64,000 bases of DNA, taken from the NCBI GenBank assembly GCA_037441385.1, contig JBBISH010000004.1, positions 86,659 through 150,658 of the forward strand, given 5' to 3'. The translations under genes were made by a program, and so were the position numbers. Origin of the DNA: Myxococcales bacterium. GTDB taxonomy: Bacteria > Myxococcota_A > UBA9042. Below the pieces are notes generated by a model. The model was given only the letters and a program-made list of their open reading frames with translations. It ran no database searches and was not told where the DNA came from. Positions 1 to 8,460 of this stretch are shown one piece after another (the first letter of the stretch is position 1; each line of letters starts with the position of its first letter).

Positions 1-1384
1 TGGGTCCGCCCTGCGGCGCGGAAATGACCAACAAGTCGCCGGTCGCCGTCGGTTCTGCAACCATCAGGTAGCCGGCCGGCAAGTTGGCCTTGCTCCACAA
101 CAGGTTGCCCGCTGCATCCAGGCGGAGGCACGCCATCCCGACGGCCGTCGTCGCGTTCTTGAGCCCGGCGATCGCTGTAATCGCCCCCGAGGGCCTGGCA
201 ATCAGCGCGCGCACATCCAGGTACAAAGTCGCATCGAGTTGGACCGTGGCAACCGTGGTGCCTTGGCCGTCCAACCACAGCAAGCGCGAGTCCGCTTGCC
301 CATAGCTGCCCGCCTCGCCGTAGGCCGCCGCCACCGCCTGCCCGGTAGCCGGCGCCACGGCGGCCGTGACCATGTTGTACTTATTCAGGTTGATCACGCT
401 GTTCCAGAGCACCTTGTCGTTGGCGTCAACGCGGCCAAGCCAGGTGGTAGAAAAGACATTGGACTCTGTCTCGGCCCAGCCCGAGAGCAAGGCGCCGCCG
501 TCCGGTGTGGGCTGCAAGTGGAAGCAACTGCGGCGATTGGGGCTGTCAAAGTCCAAGACGACAGGTGGCGCCATCCCCTTGGAACGGCCAAACCAGGCGA
601 AGGTCTGACTTTTGCCTGGCTTTTCCCCGCAGAGGAGCACGCTGCCGTCGCTGCCGCGACGCGCCGCGTTGGCCGCAGGAACGCTTTGCCAGCCGGGCGC
701 CTCGTGCATGGCCACGCCCTTGGCCTGCAGGTCGATGACGGCCACGCGCTGCTGCCACTGTCCGCTGGTGCCACTGTAGGTGTGGCCGATCGCGGCGATC
801 TGGTTGCTGCCCAGCTGCGCCAAGTGGATGGGCTCGAAACCCTTGAGGCCGTCCAACGCAAACGCGCCAAGCTGCGTCCCGTCCGGGCAATTGTCGGCCA
901 CGCAGGTGCCTCTCGCGCAGGTGCCGCTGCCCAACGGGCACAGCAGGCCGTCTGGCGCCGGTTTGCTCTTGCAGGCGTTCTTGATGCACGTATCGATGGT
1001 GCAGGGATTGTTGTCGCTGCACCCTGCCGGTCCGTGCGCGCAGCCGCTGTACGGGTCGCAGCCGTCGAGCGTGCACATATCGCCGTCGTCGCACGAATAG
1101 GGCGTGGTCGTGCATCCGGCTTTGGGGTCGCACCCGTCAAGCGTGCAAGGGTTTGCGTCCCAGCACACCCGGTCGGCGTGTTCGCACCTTGACGCGCGAC
1201 AGACGTCGAGCGTGCATGCGTTGCCGTCGTTGCATTGTCCGTTGTTTTGACAGGGATTGCCTGTGCTGGCTTGCCCCACTCCTTGGCCGCCGACCTGGAC
1301 TGAATCATGGGACGACGCCGGGCACCCCGCCAAGGCCAAGCAGATGGCCAAGGTGGAGAGGGGCTGAGTGAAGCGTGATTTCAT
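1..1384 (-). CDS. Cys-rich repeat lipoprotein with probable beta-propeller C-terminal region; runs off the left edge
   Basis: Absent from the ORF track because there is no stop in the window. Manual translation from ATG 1384 gives MKSRFTQPLSTLAICLALAGC (lipobox), then repeats CNDGNACTLDVC, CWDANPCTLDGCDP, CDDGDMCTLDGCDP, CSDNNPCTIDTC, then beta-rich segments (RVDANDKVLW, RLDAAGNLLW). Confidence 0.85.
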   Translation of the reverse strand, partial: MKSRFTQPLSTLAICLALAGCPASSHDSVQVGGQGVGQASTGNPCQNNGQCNDGNACTLDVCRASRCEHADRVCWDANPCTLDGCDPKAGCTTTPYSCDDGDMCTLDGCDPYSGCAHGPAGCSDNNPCTIDTCIKNACKSKPAPDGLLCPLGSGTCARGTCVADNCPDGTQLGAFALDGLKGFEPIHLAQLGSNQIAAIGHTYSGTSGQWQQRVAVIDLQAKGVAMHEAPGWQSVPAANAARRGSDGSVLLCGEKPGKSQTFAWFGRSKGMAPPVVLDFDSPNRRSCFHLQPTPDGGALLSGWAETESNVFSTTWLGRVDANDKVLWNSVINLNKYNMVTAAVAPATGQAVAAAYGEAGSYGQADSRLLWLDGQGTTVATVQLDATLYLDVRALIARPSGAITAIAGLKNATTAVGMACLRLDAAGNLLWSKANLPAGYLMVAEPTATGDLLVISAPQGGP

Positions 1385-1417
1385 GGCCAGCTTCGGGACA
1401 CATGGGTCTACAAGGGC

Positions 1418-1445
1418 AGTATCTGCCGCCCCCATGGCGTGTCAA
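1418..1445 (-). promoter_or_regulatory. Candidate sigma70 promoter for the lipoprotein gene
   Basis: TTGACA-N16-GATACT on the minus strand, ending 34 nt upstream of ATG 1384. Confidence 0.5.
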
Positions 1446-1533
1446 GCACCACGAGAGCGGGCCCGGCCACGCTGCACCGCGGCTCGGCTCCGAGCACCTT
1501 GCGCGGCACGGCCAGCCGGTCGACACTTCGGCC

Positions 1534-2886
1534 ATGCCGGACGCCGCCCACCGCCAGCCCCTTGCCCCGCTGCTGTGGCTACTGGCCGCCGTGAGCCTGG
1601 GCCAGGCGCTGCGCATCTACGACGGCACGCGTCCCGATCCGCTGGCGTTGCGCTGGGTTGCCTTGACGCTGCTGCTGGCAGGCCTGGCGACTTGGGGCCG
1701 GTTGACCGTGGCCTGGCGCGCACTGCCGCAGTGGACCGCCGCGTTGGCGCTGGCTGCGGTGGTCGCCCAGCTGGCGCAGTGGCTGACGCTGCCGCTGGGC
1801 AAGCACTGGCTGCATCCGCGCGAACATATGGGCACGTTGCATGGGCTGGCGCTAACCGCGACGGCCGCCGCGGCGCTGACTGTGGCCCAAGCGAAGCAGC
1901 GCAAGTGGGCGGGAGCGCTGTTCCTGGTGGCGATGCTCTTGATCGGGCTGTGGTTTGTCCGCTGGGACGGGCGGCCCGAGATCGACGTCTTTGAGTTCCA
2001 GCAGCAGGGCTGCGCCGCACTAGCCGGCGGGCACAATCCGTATTCGATCACGTTTGCCAGCCCGTATCCCGACGATACGCCTTTCTACTCGCCGGGTTTG
2101 GTGGTGGGCGGCCGGCTGCAATTCGGCTACATCTACCCGCCGTTGCTGCTGGGTCTGGAATGCCCCGTGGCGCAAGCGACCGGCGACGTGCGCTTTGCCC
2201 ACTGGCTGGCGCTGGTCGTGGCCGCTGTGCTGGTGTGGCGGACGGCGCGCAACTACCTGGCGGTGGTGGCGATTGCCGTGTTGATGACCACGCCGCGGAC
2301 GCTGTTCCTGGTCGAGCAGGCCTGGACCGAGCCGTTCGTCATCCTGGGGCTGGCGGCGGTGTTGTGGTCGGCCGTGCGCAAGCCGGCGTGGCTGCCCTGG
2401 ATTTTTGGCGCGTTTCTGGGGACCAAACAGTACTTGGTGCTGGTGGCGCCGCTGGCGCTGCTACTTGACCCTAGCCTGTGGAAGCCCAGGTCAGCGCTAG
2501 CGTTTTTTGGCAAGGCCGGCTTGGTGCTACTGGCGCTGCATTTGCCGGCTGTGCTGGCCGATCCGCCGGCCTTTTGGCGCAGCGTGGTGACCCTGCAGAT
2601 GCTGCAGCCCTTCCGACCCGACTCATTGAGTTGGCTTGCGGCCTGGTCCACGGACGGCAAGCCGCCGGTGGGCGTGTGGATTGCCTTTGTGCTCGCCGTG
2701 GTAGCTCTTGCGCTGAGCCTTTGGCGGGCGCCGCGGTCCCCGGCTGGCTTTGCCGCGGCGGTGGCGATGGTGATGCTGGCGTTCTTGGCGCTGAACAAAC
2801 AAGCGTTTTGGAATTACTACCACTTTCCGCTGGGAGCGCTGGCCATGGCGGCGGCGCTGGCCACCGGCGACGAGGACGAGGCATGA
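1534..2886 (+). CDS. Polytopic GT-C-fold glycosyltransferase (GT87/DUF2029-like)
   Basis: Many TM segments; motifs IDVF..Q..L..G.NPY, GYIYPP, GDVR, GTKQY, NKQAFWNYY. ATG 1534 preferred because the track start (1375) overlaps the divergent gene. Confidence 0.7.
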   Translation: MPDAAHRQPLAPLLWLLAAVSLGQALRIYDGTRPDPLALRWVALTLLLAGLATWGRLTVAWRALPQWTAALALAAVVAQLAQWLTLPLGKHWLHPREHMGTLHGLALTATAAAALTVAQAKQRKWAGALFLVAMLLIGLWFVRWDGRPEIDVFEFQQQGCAALAGGHNPYSITFASPYPDDTPFYSPGLVVGGRLQFGYIYPPLLLGLECPVAQATGDVRFAHWLALVVAAVLVWRTARNYLAVVAIAVLMTTPRTLFLVEQAWTEPFVILGLAAVLWSAVRKPAWLPWIFGAFLGTKQYLVLVAPLALLLDPSLWKPRSALAFFGKAGLVLLALHLPAVLADPPAFWRSVVTLQMLQPFRPDSLSWLAAWSTDGKPPVGVWIAFVLAVVALALSLWRAPRSPAGFAAAVAMVMLAFLALNKQAFWNYYHFPLGALAMAAALATGDEDEA

Positions 2887-4040
2887 GCATCCCCGTGGCT
2901 GGCTGGCGGGCAGTGATGCCCGCTTTCCTGAGCACGCGTCTGGGCTTGCTGCTGTGGGCCTGGCTGTGTACGGCGCTGGCGCCGGCCCGGCCGGGGGTCT
3001 GGAGCCCGCTGCCGCACTTGCCGCTGCTGGACGGCTGGTCGCGCATGGACGCCGGCTGGTACGCCAGCATCGTCCGCGACGGCTACCAGTTCACACCCGG
3101 AAAGGCCTGCAATGTCAACTTCTTCCCGCTCTACTCGTGGACGGTGGGGGTGCTGGACCGGCCGCTGGTGGCCAGCTTGGGCGAAGATGCGGCCTTTGCG
3201 GTGGTGGCGCCCCTTTTCAGCTTGCTGTGCCTGTGGTTGGCCCTGCAGGGCCTGTGGCGGCTAGCTGCGGGCGGTTGGGGCGAAGCGGTGGCGGGACGGA
3301 CGACCTGGCTGCTAGTGGTGTTTCCGTTTTCGCTATTCTTTTCGGCAGTCTACACCGAGTCGCTGTTCCTGTGCCTTGGCGTGTGGGCGTTTGCCTGGGG
3401 CCGCGAGCGGCGCTGGGCGCTGGCCTGTGCCGCGGCGAGCTTGGCGGCCGTGACCAGGACGGTCGGCTTCCTGGTGGCGGTGGGCCTGTTCGTCGAGTAT
3501 TTATCCATGCAACTGCCCCAAATGGCCAACGGAGCGTCTTGGCGCTGGCCACGGTTGGATCGCAACGTGCTCTGGTTCTTGGCCACGCCGCTGCCGCTAC
3601 TGGGCCTGATGGGCTACTTTTACAGTCATTTTGGCCATGTGCTGCCTTTCTTGCTGACCTATACGACCGTGTGGGACAAGCGGCCCGGACTTCGCCGGCT
3701 GATCGACCTGCTCAACTCGCTGCGCCACGCCGACGTGCCCCACACGCTGCGCTTCCAGAACGCCATGTACCTTCTGGTGGTTTTTGGCACCTTGGCGGCG
3801 GTGGTGGCAGGGCGGCGCAAGCTGTCGCCGGGGCTGGTCGCCTACGCCGCGCTGTCGACACTGCTCGTGATGTTCACAGGTTTTGACGCCTCGGGGCGCT
3901 ACATGAGCGTGCTTTTCCCTACGTTCTTGGTCCTGGCGCAGCTGCTGGACGGGCGGCGCTTTGCTCTGGCCGCGGCCGTGCAAGTGCCCTTGCTGCTTTG
4001 GTTTACCTGGGCGTTTACCCAGTCGCTGCACATCAGTTGA
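2883..4040 (+). CDS. PIG-V/Mannosyl_trans2-like membrane mannosyltransferase
   Basis: SRMDAGWYASIVRDGY, NFFPLY, FPFSLFFSAVYTESLFL, TRTVG and GRY motifs; ATGA overlap with the upstream gene. Confidence 0.8.
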   Translation: MSIPVAGWRAVMPAFLSTRLGLLLWAWLCTALAPARPGVWSPLPHLPLLDGWSRMDAGWYASIVRDGYQFTPGKACNVNFFPLYSWTVGVLDRPLVASLGEDAAFAVVAPLFSLLCLWLALQGLWRLAAGGWGEAVAGRTTWLLVVFPFSLFFSAVYTESLFLCLGVWAFAWGRERRWALACAAASLAAVTRTVGFLVAVGLFVEYLSMQLPQMANGASWRWPRLDRNVLWFLATPLPLLGLMGYFYSHFGHVLPFLLTYTTVWDKRPGLRRLIDLLNSLRHADVPHTLRFQNAMYLLVVFGTLAAVVAGRRKLSPGLVAYAALSTLLVMFTGFDASGRYMSVLFPTFLVLAQLLDGRRFALAAAVQVPLLLWFTWAFTQSLHIS

Positions 4041-4067
4041 GCGCACCCGCCGCACGAGAAAATCGCC

Positions 4068-4781
4068 ATGCCCCAACCCACGCTGATTCCCTGGCCCGCG
4101 CCGGCCGTAACCGGCCAATTCCTGGGGCGCCGTCAGCGCTTTTTTGCCGACGTGCGGCTGCCGGACGGCTCGACCAGCGTGGCCCACTGCGCGAACACCG
4201 GCTCGATGGCGGGCCTGCTGCACCCGGGCTGCGCGGCGCTGCTCGGCGACCATGGCAGCGATAGTGCTCGAAAACTAAAGTATACCTTGCTGGCGCTGCA
4301 GGTGCCCGGTGGGGCGTGGTGCGGCGTGCTGCCCGTGCTGGCCAACCGCATCGGCGCGGCGGCGCTGCGGGCTGGGTGGCTGCCCGAACTGGGGGACGTG
4401 CGCGACTGCAAGACCGAGCAGCCGCTGGGCGACGACAGCCGGGTGGACCTGTGGGTGGACGGTCCGTCGCCGTGGGCGATCGAGGTCAAGTCGGTCACAC
4501 TGGTGGAGGGCCGACGTGCGTTGTTCCCCGACGCCAAAACCGAGCGTGGGCGCAAGCACTTGCAGCGCCTGGCCGAGCATGTTCACGCCGGCGGGCAGGC
4601 GGCGCAGCTGTACGTGGTGCAGCGCGACGACGCAGACTCGGTGGCGGCGGCAGCACAGATCGACCCCGACTACGCCGCCGAGCTGGCGCGCGCCAAGCAG
4701 GCAGGCGTGCAAGTGTGGGCGCTGGCTTGCCAAGTGGGCGTGGACGGCGTCGCGGTGCTGCGGCGGTTGGCGGTGGAGTAG
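4068..4781 (+). CDS. sfsA: Sugar fermentation stimulation protein A (PD-(D/E)XK nuclease fold)
   Basis: RFFADV, HCANTGSM, SRVD, EVKSVTL, FPDAKTERGRKHL and IDPDYA motifs. Confidence 0.93.
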   Translation: MPQPTLIPWPAPAVTGQFLGRRQRFFADVRLPDGSTSVAHCANTGSMAGLLHPGCAALLGDHGSDSARKLKYTLLALQVPGGAWCGVLPVLANRIGAAALRAGWLPELGDVRDCKTEQPLGDDSRVDLWVDGPSPWAIEVKSVTLVEGRRALFPDAKTERGRKHLQRLAEHVHAGGQAAQLYVVQRDDADSVAAAAQIDPDYAAELARAKQAGVQVWALACQVGVDGVAVLRRLAVE

Positions 4782-4787
4782 CCCGGC

Positions 4788-5825
4788 CTACTGCCCCAAG
4801 TGGTGCGCCAGAGCCCGCGCCACCGCCTGCCCCACCGCCTCGGCCTGGTCGATGAGGTCCAGGCGCAGCTCGACGGTGGTGGCAAAAGCGCCGGTCTCCG
4901 CCAGGAATTGCTCGGCAAGCCGGCTGGCCTGGGCATCCCACGCGAGCGTGATCTGAGCGATTTCCTGTGCGCCCTCCAGCCCCAGGACCGCCTCGCCGGC
5001 AATCGTGCGGTCCAGGTCGGGGTGCTGTTCGTCGCTCCAGGCCAGTTCGCCCAAGCGCTCGGCCGTGGCCGCCGGCAGGCGCCCGGTCGCGGCCAGCCAC
5101 TGGAACCACCGCTCCGCAAGGTAGCGACCAGAAAGGGTCCACGGCGCCTGGGCGGGGTACGGGTGCGGCCCCAGAGCCAAGCCCGCGGCGGCCAGCTCGT
5201 CGCCCAAGCGGCGGTGCAGGGACCACGGAAGTCCGCGCAGATCCCCAGGAATCAACCGCGCTAGTCCCACCGGCCGCGCCGACCGCCACGGCACCGAGTC
5301 GACGATCGCCATCGCCGCCCGTCGCACCGGCCGCCCGCCGTTCAGCTGGTCGTAGGTCGAGCCCAATTCGCCGTAACTGTGCAGCTCGACGATGCCGCGC
5401 GTGCCCCGCGCTGCCTGCCGCAGCTGCGTCATCGCGCCGTGATACAGGCCGCCCAGCTGCTCCAGCGCGCCGGGGTTCAGGCGCTCGCCCACCCAGCGAT
5501 CCACGGCGCCCTTGCCAAACAGCGTCTCCTGCTCTTCGACCCGGCCGCGCCAGCCGCGGTTCAGGTCCAGCAGGCCGCGCGGCAGCCCGGCCTTGACGGT
5601 GGTGGCACCCAGGGCAAGCCCGCACGCCTGCAGGACTTCCGCACTCCCGGCGTCGTGCCACTCGGCGACGTGGGCGGCGAACTGCGCCTGGATCTCTGGA
5701 TCGGCTTGGATGTAGCCCGTGGCCGGGGCCAGCGGCGCAGTGGCGTGCGGGGCGACCAGCACGACCGGCGCACCCGCGCGCAAGTCGACGTGAAGCATAG
5801 GTACGATTTCGGAACGATCAGCCAC
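4788..5825 (-). CDS. N-formylglutamate amidohydrolase-like (Zn-dependent exopeptidase fold) protein
   Basis: VVLVAPHA, HDAG, PRGLLDLNR and VELHSY motifs; GTG start preceded by AGGGGAG. Confidence 0.65.
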   Translation of the reverse strand: MADRSEIVPMLHVDLRAGAPVVLVAPHATAPLAPATGYIQADPEIQAQFAAHVAEWHDAGSAEVLQACGLALGATTVKAGLPRGLLDLNRGWRGRVEEQETLFGKGAVDRWVGERLNPGALEQLGGLYHGAMTQLRQAARGTRGIVELHSYGELGSTYDQLNGGRPVRRAAMAIVDSVPWRSARPVGLARLIPGDLRGLPWSLHRRLGDELAAAGLALGPHPYPAQAPWTLSGRYLAERWFQWLAATGRLPAATAERLGELAWSDEQHPDLDRTIAGEAVLGLEGAQEIAQITLAWDAQASRLAEQFLAETGAFATTVELRLDLIDQAEAVGQAVARALAHHLGQ

Positions 5826-5921
5826 GATTTCTGCTCCCCTGGCGCGCCGCGGTACGACGTGGTGGCGCTTCGGCTGGCGACATTGGGGGCTGGCGGCTGG
5901 GGTGTCAAGTCGAGGCCGGTA

Positions 5922-6650
5922 TCAGGTATTGGCACTTGCGACATCGCTTGGCCCCAGCTGCCCCTCCAACCGCGCCACCTGCGCCTTCAGCGTCGCCAGC
6001 GCCTGGTGCATCCGCAGCCGCTGGGCACCGCGGAGCTTGCTGCCGTCCACGCTCGCCCACGCCTGCTCCCAGGCCTGCAGCTCCTTGCCCGCCTTGACCA
6101 ATTGCGTGACCAGGCGCCCCGGCTGGTAGGTCGCCACCTGCGGTTCGTCGGGGAGCGGCGGCGGCTGGGTGCCCGGCGTGTCTGGGTCGATGTCGTAGTA
6201 GTGGCCGTCCTCGGCGCGGTGGATGGCGTCTTCCAGCTGCAGCACCGTCCAGCCTTGGCGGGTGGCGTCCATGGCCAGCCGGGCGCGCATGGTCGGCTCG
6301 TCCACTCGGGCCAACGTGACGATGTGGTTGAATTTCAGGCCCTCGCGCACGGCCGGCGGCAGGCCGTCCCAGGCAATTCGCGCCAGGATCGACTGGCGGG
6401 CCAGGTTGTTCGTCAGGCCGGCGGCGCTCAGCTCGTCTTTGCAGACCTTGGCAAACTCCACGAAGCTGGCCTCTTTGTCGGGGTTCTTGTCGTGGTAGGC
6501 ATGGGCGCTGCCGCCAAAGAAGCGGTCCAGGAACAGCTTGCCGGCCTGCAGGCGATGGGTCAGCAGCAACTCGCGCGACAGGCGGTCCAGGTCGGCCAAG
6601 ATGTCGGCATAGTCTTCTTTGGTTTTGCGTGTTTGCAGGCTGGTGCTCAC
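5922..6650 (-). CDS. Helical protein resembling the DUF1016/YhcG N-terminal (putative DNA-binding) domain, with coiled-coil C-terminus
   Basis: GTG 6650 with AGGAG RBS. Segment LKFNHIVTLARVDEPTMRARLAMDATRQGWTVLQLEDAI resembles the LSWSH..LL...D...R.FY...A....WS.R.L..I pattern. No nuclease domain. Confidence 0.6.
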   Translation of the reverse strand: MSTSLQTRKTKEDYADILADLDRLSRELLLTHRLQAGKLFLDRFFGGSAHAYHDKNPDKEASFVEFAKVCKDELSAAGLTNNLARQSILARIAWDGLPPAVREGLKFNHIVTLARVDEPTMRARLAMDATRQGWTVLQLEDAIHRAEDGHYYDIDPDTPGTQPPPLPDEPQVATYQPGRLVTQLVKAGKELQAWEQAWASVDGSKLRGAQRLRMHQALATLKAQVARLEGQLGPSDVASANT

Positions 6651-7078
6651 GGTGCTCCTGGTAGGGCTGGTTGGCGGCAGTGCGAGCTTTTTGACATTCA
6701 CCACGTGGTCAATGACGAAAAGCTTGCAGGTGACCCGTCGTTGCGGGTGCGGCGGTTGCAGCCGATGGTGCGTTTGGGCGTTGGTTTTGGCAAGGGGGCG
6801 TTCGGCCGGCACGGCCAGGCGCCAGAGTAGGCGGGTTTCCATGCCCGCCCGGTTCGTTCACGTGCCGAAGGTAGCCAGATCGCTGCCGGGCAGTGCTGGC
6901 GTGTGGTCCGGGTGGGGATGCGCGTCCGGCGCGTCAGGTTCCAGGGCGTGACTCACCAAAACGCGCCCAAGATCGGCCAGTTCTTGACGGTCCCCCGCCC
7001 TCGACCGCAGCATGAAAGATCGCGTCGCACCGCCGGATGCCAAGGCAAAGGTGGTGACGCAGCGGCAGCGAAAAGGAA

Positions 7079-7377
7079 CTGGGGGCAATTTGTGCGCTTG
7101 CGTAGTGCGCCTGCGTTGGGGGGCATTTTCTACCCCCCAAAAACAAAGGACTTTGGGCGTCCCGGCCCGGCGAACGGGAAGTTGGGGGGCAATTTCTGAA
7201 TCCGCGCCGGGCCGTCGCGCTGCGGCCGCCGGTCGAAGGAAAGTCCTTCGAAACCCACACCGCGGGCTCCCGGCGGTGGCGACGCCTGCCCGGCGCCACC
7301 ACCCCTGCGGGGCCAGCATCGCTGACGCACACCTGGATCACCCTGAGTAATTTCAACCGGTAGAAAATGCCCCCCAA
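7079..7377. repeat. Four TGGGGG(G)CAWTTT boxes, including a perfect 19-bp inverted pair
   Basis: Direct copies at 7079-7091, 7116-7134 and 7182-7197. 7359-7377 (GGTAGAAAATGCCCCCCAA) is the exact reverse complement of 7116-7134. 7116-7140 also forms an 8-bp stem with a 9-nt loop. Confidence 0.85.
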
Positions 7378-7566
7378 TGGGTCGCGAGCGGTCGCCCGAA
7401 GGGTGAACGGGTCGCCCCAGTGGGGCAACCCGTAGCTGGGACGACGTAGCAACGCCGAGTTGCGCCCAAAGCGGCGGATCGGGGCCCAGCCACCCGCTTG
7501 CCCAACCCGCCGCACCGGCCCACAATCGCAGCCCCAGCGCACCTCTGCGCTCGCGAGAACCCTGCG

Positions 7567-8460
7567 ATGGCGACCGAAGCTCCCGTGTGGCTGCCGGCGG
7601 CCGATGGCTATAGCCTGGCCCTGCAAGGCGACAAAATCTTGTGTAAAAATGCCAAGGGTAAGGTCTTGACCAGCCTGCCCAAAGAACTGCGCGAGAGCGA
7701 GTCGGTCGAGGCACTGCAGGCCTTGCGCGACTGGCTTGGCAACCACCGCAGCGAGTGCCTGGCTACGGCCGAGACCTGGCTGCTGCGCTCGCTGCCCGTG
7801 CCCCGCAGCGTGCTGGCGGCGGTCTGGCCCGATCCGGCGTGGCGGGCGGCGCTGGAACATGCCGTGGTGGCGCCGATCGACGCCGCTGGGCAGCCCGATT
7901 TCCTGGCGGCCGGCATCTTGCGCGCGGCCGACGCCCACAAGGGCCTGGGCATCGTGGATCTGGACGGCGAGACCCGCTGGCTGCAGTGCGAGACCGTCTT
8001 GATCCCGCATCCGATTTTGCTGCCAGAGCTTGCGGACTTCCGCGCCCTTTTGGGCGAACTGGGCCTTACACAGGGCCTGCCGCAGTTGTTCCGCGAGACT
8101 TTTGTCCGGCCGGCCGACTTGCCCGCAGACGAATCGAGCTGGGACGTCTACGCCGACGCCGAGTTCGAGGAGCTGCGGCACGCTCTGGCCCAATGCACCA
8201 AGCTGGGCTACCGGGTCACGGGCGGCTCGGCAGTGTGCAAGGTACTCGAGAACGGCCAAACCATCGAAGCGCGCTACTGGATCGGCGATGGCGACCCCGA
8301 GTGGGAAACCGAGACGGGTGAGTTGGTCTGGGTCGACGCCCAGGCCAACGGGCTGCACTTGCGCGAAGTGGGGCCGGTGGCGTGGTCCGAAGGCCTGCGC
8401 ATGGCCGCGGCGATCTATGCGGCCCGTCACGTAGAAGGCGAGGAGGACCAAGATGCTTGA
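7567..8460 (+). CDS. DUF4132 domain protein (related to the YehI/MolR C-terminal domain)
   Basis: ETWLLRSLPVP, DPAW, IPHPILL, QLFRE and VGPVAWSEGLR motifs; first gene of the MoxR operon. Confidence 0.8.
   Translation: MATEAPVWLPAADGYSLALQGDKILCKNAKGKVLTSLPKELRESESVEALQALRDWLGNHRSECLATAETWLLRSLPVPRSVLAAVWPDPAWRAALEHAVVAPIDAAGQPDFLAAGILRAADAHKGLGIVDLDGETRWLQCETVLIPHPILLPELADFRALLGELGLTQGLPQLFRETFVRPADLPADESSWDVYADAEFEELRHALAQCTKLGYRVTGGSAVCKVLENGQTIEARYWIGDGDPEWETETGELVWVDAQANGLHLREVGPVAWSEGLRMAAAIYAARHVEGEEDQDA

Noticed and set aside
394..1308. 304-aa ORF and overlapping + strand ORFs
   Set aside because: Ala/Arg/Thr-rich off-frame shadows of the Cys-repeat lipoprotein starting at 1384.
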